10,430 nt of DNA, from assembly GCA_964619725.1 (NCBI GenBank), contig CAZUFC010000207.1, positions 1 through 10,430 on the forward strand. Direction: 5' to 3'. Positions 1 through 7,534 of the stretch are shown here, one piece after another (positions within the stretch are counted from its first letter, which is position 1; every line of letters starts with the position of its first letter). This stretch comes from an uncultured bacterium (GTDB taxonomy: Bacteria > CSSED10-310 > CAZUFC01). The notes under the pieces are model-generated. The model did no database searches. It saw nothing but the letters and a program-made list of their open reading frames with translations, and was not told where the DNA came from. A program made the translations under genes and the position numbers.

Positions 1-67
1 ACCATTTTCTTCTGTTTCGCTTTTCGGTTCTATATATCAAATTCAAATTTTAACACGAGGTAATAGT

Positions 68-481
68 TTGAAAAACTGCAGGACTTCTGCCGGTTATCCT
101 GCAACCGGAATGGATTTTTTCAGCCATTGGCCGCGAAACATAATAAGGACATTAAAAGTTAAGGGATATCTCAGGTACGTAGACGATATGGTCTTTTTTG
201 CAAGGAGGAGAGGTGAATTGAGAGAATGGAGGGAGATGAGTCGTTCGTGGTTGAAGAAAAACAGAAATTTGAATATTCATGTATCTAAGATTATTCACTG
301 CCCCTCACAAAAATCCGTTTTTCTCGGTTACGAAGTTTCCAGAGACGGTGTAAATACGCGTGCCGGGGCTTATAAACGATTAAGAGAGAAAATAACGTCC
401 CATCTTGATGATCCGGGGGTTTTGGATTATGATGCTTTGGAGAGGTCTTTTGCTGCTCATACGGGACATTTGATTTTTTAG
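68..481 (+). pseudogene. Reverse transcriptase C-terminal remnant (palm YxDD to thumb), most like DGR-class RTs; 5'-truncated
   Basis: The translation has IIRTLKVKGYLRYVDDMVFF (YVDD codons 176-187), VFLGYEV (FLGY, 320-331) and a C-terminal KRLREKI...RSFAAHTGHL helix. This matches the RT domain 5-7 and thumb pattern of DGR-like RTs. No G-x-P-x-G-N-x-x-S-Q (domain 4) or earlier RT motif is readable in any + frame of 1-138, and all three frames have stops at ~51-70. Recognisable homology begins near 140. Confidence 0.8.
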
Positions 482-592
482 AATTAAAAACCTGTTCTGA
501 GTATGGCGATCAAAACAGAGGAATTTTCAATAATGATAAAACATCATTCAGTGTTATGAAAATTATTGAATTTATAAAAATTTAAAGGGACT

Positions 593-679
593 GATCAAAG
601 TTCACATCTCCTGACATTGACTGATAAAAAATTGTGAAATGTTTGACGAAAAAACAACAGCCGATAGAAGAAATTCAAG
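593..679 (+). repeat. Diverged direct repeat, copy 1 (partner at 10342-10430)
   Basis: Two exact blocks are shared: TTCACATCTCCTGACATT (601-618 = 10350-10367) and AAAAAATTGTGAAATGTTTGAC (626-647 = 10376-10397). Weaker colinear similarity runs from GATC at 593 to about 679. Confidence 0.92.
632..649. promoter_or_regulatory. Rex/CRP-family-like palindromic operator overlapping a TTGAC -35-like hexamer (copy 1)
   Basis: TTGTGAA-ATGT-TTGACGA has 2 mismatches to the Rex consensus TTGTGAA-N4-TTCACAA. Confidence 0.35.
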
Positions 680-1138
680 TAAAACAAAGTCTCCCAGCCT
701 TTGCTGATGGGGATTTCAATCGACCGATTCGTCTTGCAGAATACAAGTTTTATCCAATCGGAGTATTCATAGAAGATCATATAAAAAAAATCTTCACGAT
801 TCTGACGACCTGGCTTATTCATCGCCATCCATCCGCCTATGGACAACGTCTTCGTAAACGGATTGGACCGGCGTCTTTACCATGATTTGTCTACCTTCCC
901 TTGCCCGGGCGGCGGCATGATCCTGGGCTGCCGCTCGCCTTTGCCGCCAGATTCTTATCTGTCGGTGAAGAATAATGACGGGGAATGAATCCAATGGATG
1001 ACGGCGGAATACTTCATTCCCGAATTCCGAAAAATGCTGCCTTTGCATTAGCGAACGCTTGTGCACAAACGCAAATGACGATTAATATTTTTCTGCTGGA
1101 GAGTTTCCGGCGAGCGGGTCACTCAAACCGATCAAGCC

Positions 1139-1169
1139 TTGACATTTAGAATAGTCGAACTAATATAAA
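1139..1169 (+). promoter_or_regulatory. Sigma70-type promoter for the AAA+ ATPase gene, probably leaderless
   Basis: TTGACA at 1139-1144. Candidate -10 boxes are TAATAT 1161-1166 (16-bp spacer) or TATAAA 1164-1169 (19-bp spacer). The ATG is at 1176 with no Shine-Dalgarno sequence. Confidence 0.6.
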
Positions 1170-1175
1170 TGTATT

Positions 1176-2402
1176 ATGAAGCATCGTTGGATTGAGCACA
1201 GATTAGAAAAATATTTTAAGAGACCTTTCGTTCAAATAATGTTCGGAGCCAGACAAACGGGAAAAACGACACTGCTGAGGCATATGCTTGAACCGGCATT
1301 GCATTATAATCTGGCGGACCCTGTAGAGAGAAGCCGGATATTGGCAGATCCGGGCGTATTCATTCGCGAATGTAAGGCATTGCCTGAAGGTTCCGGAGCT
1401 CAAACAGTATTCGTAGATGAAGCGCAGGCTGCTCCGGCGCTTTTTGATGCCGTACAGAGTCTTTATGATACTGACCGTGATCGTTTTCGATTTGTTTTAT
1501 GCGGCAGTTGTGCGAGAAAGCTAAGAAAAGCGGGAACCAATCTTCTTCCTGGCCGAAGCATGCTTCACCGTTTGTATGCTCTGATACTTCATGAGAGGCC
1601 TTCGAAGGAAAAGGGCGCTCCAGGGATGATACTTGATCTTCCATCATCGGGATTGGATGATGTATTTCCCGCTGCCGATCTTGAGGACAGGCTGGCCTTT
1701 GGTGAATTGCCGGGCATCGCCTTGATGGAAGATGAAGAAGATCGTTCACTGATTTTGCAGTCATACGTCGAGGCGCATTTACAGGAGGAGATTCGGCGTG
1801 AGACTATGATAAGAGATTGGGGAACATTCGTAAATTTTCTCCGGCTTGCTGCAATGGAATCCGGTAAAATAATCAATTATGCGGACATATCCCGCAATGC
1901 GGGAATTTCAATACCCACGGTCAAATCCTACTACGAACTTCTGCAGGATATGTTTATCGGATACAATATCCCTGCATTTTCAGGAAGTTCCAGGAAAAGC
2001 GTGCTGTCGACTCCCCGCTTTTTTTTCACAGACATGGGGATCAGGCATGCTGCGGCCAGCATTCCTCCTGGCCGCGGTGCAGCCGCAGCGGATGCGGGGA
2101 ATATTTTTAAACAATGGGTCGGAGCGGAGCTGTATAAAAGATTGTCCTATTCCGGTCAGGGGCGTTTGAGTTATTTCAGGACTAAAGCAGGCGCGGAGGT
2201 GGATTTTATTATTGAACGAGACGGGGGAACGATTCCGGTTGAAGTGAAATGGACGAAGAATCCGGCGATGAAGGATACTCGCCATTTGCGGAATTTTATA
2301 CGGGAACAGGCCCAGGCGGAAAAGGGATTTCTGGTTTGCCGCTGTCCGCGACCCATGCAAATGACCAAAGAAATCAAAGCTGTTCCATGGTTCATGATAT
2401 AG
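1176..2402 (+). CDS. AAA+ ATPase, COG1373 family (AAA_14 + DUF4143, C-terminal PD-(D/E)xK-like motif)
   Basis: 408 aa. Walker A GARQTGKTT, Walker B VFVDEAQ, LCGSCARKL, LLPGR, HTH-like INYADISRNAGISIPTVKSY, PRFFFTDMGI and YFRTKAGAEVDFII...PVEVK. Confidence 0.92.
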   Translation: MKHRWIEHRLEKYFKRPFVQIMFGARQTGKTTLLRHMLEPALHYNLADPVERSRILADPGVFIRECKALPEGSGAQTVFVDEAQAAPALFDAVQSLYDTDRDRFRFVLCGSCARKLRKAGTNLLPGRSMLHRLYALILHERPSKEKGAPGMILDLPSSGLDDVFPAADLEDRLAFGELPGIALMEDEEDRSLILQSYVEAHLQEEIRRETMIRDWGTFVNFLRLAAMESGKIINYADISRNAGISIPTVKSYYELLQDMFIGYNIPAFSGSSRKSVLSTPRFFFTDMGIRHAAASIPPGRGAAAADAGNIFKQWVGAELYKRLSYSGQGRLSYFRTKAGAEVDFIIERDGGTIPVEVKWTKNPAMKDTRHLRNFIREQAQAEKGFLVCRCPRPMQMTKEIKAVPWFMI

Positions 2403-2433
2403 GAAACCGGGTGAGTTTTCCACTCCGTCTGGA

Positions 2434-2491
2434 TTAGCCCGGATTTCTCATACAAAATCGTAACAGGTTTTGTATGAGAAATGCGGGTTAG
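2434..2491. mobile_element. 50-bp MITE-like element or internally deleted IS: 20-bp terminal inverted repeats flanked by TTAG direct repeats
   Basis: TTAG(2434-2437) CCCGGATTTCTCATACAAAA(2438-2457) TCGTAACAGG TTTTGTATGAGAAATGCGGG(2468-2487) TTAG(2488-2491). The arms are 19/20 complementary with a perfect 15-bp core. It lies between convergent genes and could also act as a terminator hairpin. Confidence 0.6.
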
Positions 2492-2663
2492 GTCCCGATC
2501 AATGCCGTTTACTCGTTGATAGACAGTCACTAAGGCAGCATTGCATTCACATTCCCGGACCGAAGCCGGAAGTCCATTTTCCTATGCCTGTTTTCCGCCC
2601 AGGACGAATGAGGCGATAGGAGGGGTGAGGTATGATTTGATCGTTGTGCGGGAGCTGTATTCT

Positions 2664-4418
2664 TCAATAGAACCCGAAGTTTTCAGAATCATAGTCGACG
2701 TAATTTGTACCGTTTTGTACTGTTCCGCCCCAGAAGACGGCAGAGTCCCGGAGATTTTCCGAATCCGGCCAGGTAAAGTTCAAGGGTTGGCCGTATTCGG
2801 CGGTTTGAGGAGGAATTTCCAGGGGCATGCTGTCGATCTGCGGACTCCAGGAAGGGTAGAACCAGTATTCTCCACGGTATTCCAGTATGAGATAAAATTC
2901 CATTTCTGCAGTTTTTGAGGAATGATTCGTGACATCGTATGACAGGAGAAATAGGTCGTTCCAGGTATAGGCCTCTTTGTTCAAACAGACGTCGACCGAT
3001 ATCGAGCCGTTATATTCATAGGCTCCGATGTCGAAACCGGCGCCTTGGGGTCTTGGACTATAATCGAGGTCATATTCCGGTGCGCCTTTTGAGCAGCCTG
3101 CGTCAACGGCCGGACTTGATGCCTGGAGATGAAGATCGGCGGCATCTCCCCAACCGGGACCTCTGAATTCCGGGTCCCTGGACATGTTTTCCGGACCCAA
3201 TTCACCATTTTCGATATCCTGACCTGAATATTCTCTGCCGTGAGCGTAGACCTTCGCAGCGCTGCCCGGTATATAAAAGATATTATGTTCAGCCGTAAAA
3301 TCGACGGAATCCCCAATGTAAACCACGCTGTCGCCGCCTGATACGATGGTATTGCGCATGAGCAGGGTCATGGAGGCCTGGCAGTCATATTGGACGTACA
3401 TCGGATAGGCGTGCCTCGATGGGTTCTCGGATATCGTGGTATTGATAATCTCAAAATGAGTTCCCTGCTGTTCGCATTGTCCGATGACTACGGCTGCCCA
3501 GGGGCTTGATTCCGCGTCGCCGTCCCCCGTGCCGTAGATGGTGCAGTTGACGATTCGGCTTTCGTTGCCCCACAGCTTGATCCCGTCGCATCTGTTGTCG
3601 GCTGCGATACAGTTGGTAATTAACGTGTTTGCGCATTTTGAATCCAATCCGTCGCCCCTGTTATGCGCTGCAACCGTATTGATTATCGTCACGGGTCCTG
3701 CTGAGGCTTCAATTCCAAAACCGTCAGGCCGGTCGTAAGGAGAATTTCCCGAACCGCCCTGATAATAATGACCGCTGTAAGAAAGGCAGCAATTCCTTAT
3801 CGTCAGATTACGGCATCCGCCTTCATCGCCTTCCGGACCCCCGACAGCTCCGAAACCGCAAAAGGTTATGTTGCAATCTTCTATTACAATATCATCGACA
3901 TCCTTAATGTTTATGCCCATTTCATCAATACGATGGATGTATACGTTCCTGATGATCGAATGTTCGAAAGGACCGCCGCACGCGCTTATGCCGTCTCTGA
4001 ACCAGGCGCCGCCGTCAGAAGTAATCTCCAGATTCTCTATTTTCAGGTAACAGGCGCCGGACACGTCGAATGCCGAATATAAATTGTTTCTGCCGACTAA
4101 GACAGCTTGCCCGCCTTCCTCGCCCTTTATCGTTATCCAGGCATCCGGAAGTCCTGAGACAGGAGTGATCATATCTTCCCAATATTCTTCCAGCACATAA
4201 CGTCCTGATTTCAGTATCAAGGTGTCGCCGGGAGACAACTGCTTCGAACCGTATCCCGGCGAGGCCCAGGGGGCGTCGTGTTTTCCGGAAGCCGAATCGT
4301 CGCCGTCAGGGGAAACGTAATAGGTGGCTGTTTCGGCTGATGGATGCGTCAGGTAGGAGAAAAAAGAAAAAAGAAAAAAGACGAGAACATTTGCCGACAA
4401 AGACAAGTTTTTGTTCAT
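2664..4418 (-). CDS. Secreted right-handed parallel beta-helix (pectin-lyase-like fold) protein with choice-of-anchor-Q-like motif and extra C-terminal domain
   Basis: 584 aa. N-terminal signal peptide (MNKN + hydrophobic stretch, ...PSA/ET), YYVSPDGDDSASG..APW motif, repeated I.I.N..I beta-helix coils, GDGLDSK and DGIKLWG, and LQASSPAVDAG...PRPQGAGFDIGAYEY. SD GAGGT at 4428-4432 is 9 nt upstream of the ATG. Confidence 0.88.
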   Translation of the reverse strand: MNKNLSLSANVLVFFLFSFFSYLTHPSAETATYYVSPDGDDSASGKHDAPWASPGYGSKQLSPGDTLILKSGRYVLEEYWEDMITPVSGLPDAWITIKGEEGGQAVLVGRNNLYSAFDVSGACYLKIENLEITSDGGAWFRDGISACGGPFEHSIIRNVYIHRIDEMGINIKDVDDIVIEDCNITFCGFGAVGGPEGDEGGCRNLTIRNCCLSYSGHYYQGGSGNSPYDRPDGFGIEASAGPVTIINTVAAHNRGDGLDSKCANTLITNCIAADNRCDGIKLWGNESRIVNCTIYGTGDGDAESSPWAAVVIGQCEQQGTHFEIINTTISENPSRHAYPMYVQYDCQASMTLLMRNTIVSGGDSVVYIGDSVDFTAEHNIFYIPGSAAKVYAHGREYSGQDIENGELGPENMSRDPEFRGPGWGDAADLHLQASSPAVDAGCSKGAPEYDLDYSPRPQGAGFDIGAYEYNGSISVDVCLNKEAYTWNDLFLLSYDVTNHSSKTAEMEFYLILEYRGEYWFYPSWSPQIDSMPLEIPPQTAEYGQPLNFTWPDSENLRDSAVFWGGTVQNGTNYVDYDSENFGFY

Positions 4419-4465
4419 TTTATTGATACCTCGGCGCTTTCTGCGTCATGCCGCCCACTTTATTC

Positions 4466-4495
4466 ATTATAATTAATGATCTCATCGTTTGCCAA
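4466..4495 (-). promoter_or_regulatory. Sigma70-type promoter for the beta-helix gene
   Basis: On the minus strand: TTGGCA (4495-4490), an 18-bp spacer, then TATAAT (4471-4466). Confidence 0.55.
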
Positions 4496-4511
4496 TTTGC
4501 GTCGTCAGCAA

Positions 4512-4585
4512 AGCCCAGGGTTAAGCGAACGGAGTGAGCGCAACCCCGGGTAAGGATATGGAATATTAAAACCCTTTGCCAAGGG
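4512..4585. repeat. REP-like imperfect palindromic element (two hairpins)
   Basis: CCCAGGGTT (4514-4522) pairs with AACCCCGGG (4542-4550) with one mismatch, around AAGCGAACGGAGTGAGCGC. A second hairpin is CCCTT-TGCC-AAGGG (4572-4585). The element is intergenic. Confidence 0.45.
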
Positions 4586-4636
4586 GGAATTTTTTACCCG
4601 ATTTTTTTGTTCAGAAAAGATGTTATGGGAATTCGA

Positions 4637-5641
4637 TCAGTCTCTTTTTCGACCCCATATCCATTTTACCAGGTCCGCATAAAACGTTCTGTCCGGAATC
4701 CTTTTTTCCGGGCAGTTTTGACTTTTTCTCGCAATACCGGCATAGACCATTTGCGTCATCAGCTTCAGGGTCAACATGATTTTTAATATCAGCAGCTTTG
4801 ACTTCGGTTTATGCTTGCGGAAGTATTTCACCATGCTTTGCAGTTTTATTCTGTAGGCCGCATTCGGGTCGTCCGTGCTGCCGCCTATCTTGTGGACCGC
4901 TCTGGCGTCCGGCAGGTACCAGCATGAGTATCCTTCCTCCAGCATTCTTCTGCAGAAGTCTATCTCTTCGTAATACAGGAAAAAATCTTGATCCAGGCCT
5001 CCTGTCCGGTCGAATATCTTCTTTTTTATCATCAGGCATGCTCCCGTCGCATACTGAACCTGCTGCAATGCGGCATTGTCTCTGTATTGACTGAATATGC
5101 GGCCTAAATATTTTCCGTATTTTTTTATTACTGTCTCGTCCTGGGGCATCAGTCGCTTCATATTGAAAATGTAAGCCGCGGATGTGAGCAATGTCGGAAA
5201 ACTGCCCCTGGAGGGTTGAAGCGCTCCGTCGGAATTCATTATCGCCGGCGCTGCGGCGCCTGCTTCCTGGCGTGAATTCAGAAAATCAATAAGCCTGTCG
5301 ACGGCGGCTGCATCCATGCGACAGTCGGGATTCAACAACAGCAGATAATCGCCGGAAGATTCATTTACCCCCTGGTTAACCGCTGCAGCGAATCCTACGT
5401 TTCTTTCGTTCCTTATGAATTTTGCCGGGTGCGACAACTCGTCGGACAGCTCTTCGCAGTTCTCCTCCGGACTGTTGTTGACTACTATGACTTCGATTTT
5501 TCGGCCGGGAGTTGCTGTTTGCACGGAATTGATGCATTCCTTCAACAAATGCTTTGACCTGTAATTAACTATGATGACTGTCAGGTCGCGGTTTTTTGTT
5601 CCCGCTGCAGTCTGAAAATCGGTCATTCTCTTTTTTGGCAC
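4637..5641 (-). CDS. Glycosyltransferase family 2 (WbbL/rhamnosyltransferase-like subgroup)
   Basis: 334 aa from a GTG start (alternative ATG at 5626). Motifs VIIVNY, NVGFAAAVNQG, LLLLNPD, GACLMI and GGLDQDFFLYYEEIDFCRR. Confidence 0.93.
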   Translation of the reverse strand: MPKKRMTDFQTAAGTKNRDLTVIIVNYRSKHLLKECINSVQTATPGRKIEVIVVNNSPEENCEELSDELSHPAKFIRNERNVGFAAAVNQGVNESSGDYLLLLNPDCRMDAAAVDRLIDFLNSRQEAGAAAPAIMNSDGALQPSRGSFPTLLTSAAYIFNMKRLMPQDETVIKKYGKYLGRIFSQYRDNAALQQVQYATGACLMIKKKIFDRTGGLDQDFFLYYEEIDFCRRMLEEGYSCWYLPDARAVHKIGGSTDDPNAAYRIKLQSMVKYFRKHKPKSKLLILKIMLTLKLMTQMVYAGIARKSQNCPEKRIPDRTFYADLVKWIWGRKRD

Positions 5642-5669
5642 GTCCGTTATGCGGAAGGCTGTAAAAATT

Positions 5670-7436
5670 TTATTGAATGTATTTCTGATAAATCTCGCGG
5701 GCCTGGCTTATTTTATTCTGCCTTTTATAAAGATAGACTAAATTTTGAGCGGCGTCTTTAAACTTGGGATTTAACTCCAGAACTTTGAGAAAATTTTCTT
5801 CAGCTTCGTTGTAGCGTCTCAGTTTCAAATTCGTTATGCCCAGATTGTTGTATGCTCGTTCAAAGGAGGGATTCAATTCAATCGCCTTTTGATAGGAAGC
5901 CGCTGCAGCCCTGTATCTTCCCAATTCATCGTAAACGAAACCGAGGTTGTAATGAGTCTGAACGTCGTCCGGATTCAGTTCGAGGGCTTTCTGGAAATAG
6001 TCTGCCGCTTCCTGGTAATTTTTTCTCGCAGATTCGGTTAATCCCGCTTCAAAGATGGCCTGGAAAAAGTCAGGTTTTAAATTGATGCTCTGTTCGTAGT
6101 GAAGGATAGCCTGATCATATTCCTTCTGACTGAAATAGAGAGCGCCCAGGTTCCGGTATATCCTGGGATCGTCCGGTGCGTTTACGAGCGCCCGTTTGTA
6201 TTGTTCCAGCGCTTTATCGTAATTTTCCTTTTCTTTAAGGTAATTACCGTATCGGAGTCTTAATTCCACATTTTTCGGGAACCTGATTATCGCATCGGAA
6301 ATGAATTTTTCAAAGTCCTCATCCGCGTTGAGCTCCTCGGCCATCTCCAGCAAAGCAATGTATTCGGAAACGTCTCGTTCATAGGGGTCTAACTCGAAAG
6401 ATCGTTTCAAATGATAATAAGCTTTGCTCTTGGAGGCTTTATCGTACTCAAGATATAATTCGCCCAATTCCCGGTGCGCCGTCGCCAGATTAGGATTATC
6501 CGATACCAGTTTTTTCAGCGTATTGACCGCTGCATCGATATCGTTTCGCTCCTTGTAAAATTCAACAAGTTCAAAAAACGGAGCGGCAAGCAGCGGATAC
6601 ATCTCTATAGCTTTGTTGAACTCCCTGACTGCAGCGTCACCTTCACCCCGTTCTTTATAAATCAGCCCTTGCTGATGGAAAGCCTCAGCAATGAGCGGAT
6701 AATCCTGTCTTCTATGGAATCCGTTTCGTTCGGCCTGGTCGATTCCCTCCTGGAAGAATTCCAGAGACCTATCGAATTCGCCCGTCATCCTGTAAGCTTC
6801 CGCCAGGTCCAATGTATCCGTAAATTTATCCCTCAATTCCCTCAATCGCCGGTAAACATCTGCCGCTTCCTGGTATTTGCCCGCTTCCCGGTAGGATTTT
6901 CCGAGCATCTCCAGTATGCTGACTTCGTCAGGCTCCGAAAGCTGGTAAATTTTTAGATAGGGCAGCGCCTCACGGTATCTTTCCGCATTATATAGCAGCT
7001 TGCCAAGCTCCAAAGCGGCATCCGAATAGTCGGAATCAGCTTCCAAGACCTGTTTATAAAGTATTTCGGCAACCGCTTCATTGCCCTGCTTCTGCTCCAA
7101 CCGCGCCAGCCAATACTTCGTCCTTGTTTCTTCAGGAACCAGCTCAAGCGCCCTTTGAAAACTCTCCCTCGCAGAATCATACTCTTCCTGGTAAAAAAAT
7201 GCCCGGCCCAGCTCGATATACGCCGGTCCGTAATTAAGGTCTTCTCCCAGAACTCTGCTCAACATGTCGACAGCCTTGTCGTAATTGCCCTTTTGAATCT
7301 GTTTGACGCTTTTGCGATATGTTTTCTCCATTTTTTTTGAAAGACAATGACCGGTATCCTGGAACCATTGTAAAACGACGAATATCGCCAATGACAATAT
7401 TACTTTGGAAAATAATGTCTTCATGATTTTTTTCAT
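5670..7436 (-). CDS. Tetratricopeptide-repeat (TPR) protein with N-terminal signal/anchor sequence
   Basis: 588 aa. Many 34-aa TPR units, e.g. HYNLGFVYDELGRYRAAAASYQKAIELNP and YNNLGITNLKLRRYNEAEENFLKVLELNP. The N-terminus is basic then hydrophobic. Confidence 0.93.
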   Translation of the reverse strand: MKKIMKTLFSKVILSLAIFVVLQWFQDTGHCLSKKMEKTYRKSVKQIQKGNYDKAVDMLSRVLGEDLNYGPAYIELGRAFFYQEEYDSARESFQRALELVPEETRTKYWLARLEQKQGNEAVAEILYKQVLEADSDYSDAALELGKLLYNAERYREALPYLKIYQLSEPDEVSILEMLGKSYREAGKYQEAADVYRRLRELRDKFTDTLDLAEAYRMTGEFDRSLEFFQEGIDQAERNGFHRRQDYPLIAEAFHQQGLIYKERGEGDAAVREFNKAIEMYPLLAAPFFELVEFYKERNDIDAAVNTLKKLVSDNPNLATAHRELGELYLEYDKASKSKAYYHLKRSFELDPYERDVSEYIALLEMAEELNADEDFEKFISDAIIRFPKNVELRLRYGNYLKEKENYDKALEQYKRALVNAPDDPRIYRNLGALYFSQKEYDQAILHYEQSINLKPDFFQAIFEAGLTESARKNYQEAADYFQKALELNPDDVQTHYNLGFVYDELGRYRAAAASYQKAIELNPSFERAYNNLGITNLKLRRYNEAEENFLKVLELNPKFKDAAQNLVYLYKRQNKISQAREIYQKYIQ

Positions 7437-7534
7437 CGGGAACTTCCCCTTTAATGAAACGGCATCCCTCTTATTTGTAAGGCGCTGAGCCGCTGTCTGT
7501 CAAGAAATCTTGCGGATGATGCGTCGTTCAGCGC

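Noticed and set aside
77..108. Overlapping alternative hairpins TGCAGGA/TCCTGCA and CCGGTT/AACCGG upstream of the RT fragment (retron msr/msd-like?)
   Set aside because: The stems are only 6-7 bp, there are no long a1/a2 inverted repeats, and the RT lacks the retron VTG motif (it has FLGY).
95..130. GYPATGMDFFSHW as a degenerate RT domain 4 (GLPIGNLTSQ)
   Set aside because: Residue spacing and distance to YVDD do not fit, so it is probably a chance resemblance.
593..660. CRISPR array after the AT-rich tract
   Set aside because: There are no tandem repeat-spacer units, and the only second copy is 9.75 kb away.
595..1066. ORFs 595-846(-), 634-885(+) and 815-1066(-) as genes
   Set aside because: They are short, mutually overlapping, have no recognisable motifs or SD, and partly run through the non-coding repeat.
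2432..2493. Integron attC site (GTTAGGT at 2487-2493 matches GTTRRRY)
   Set aside because: The left end reads GATTAGC rather than RYYYAAC, the stem has no extrahelical bases, and there is no second attC or integrase. TIR plus TTAG duplication explains it better.
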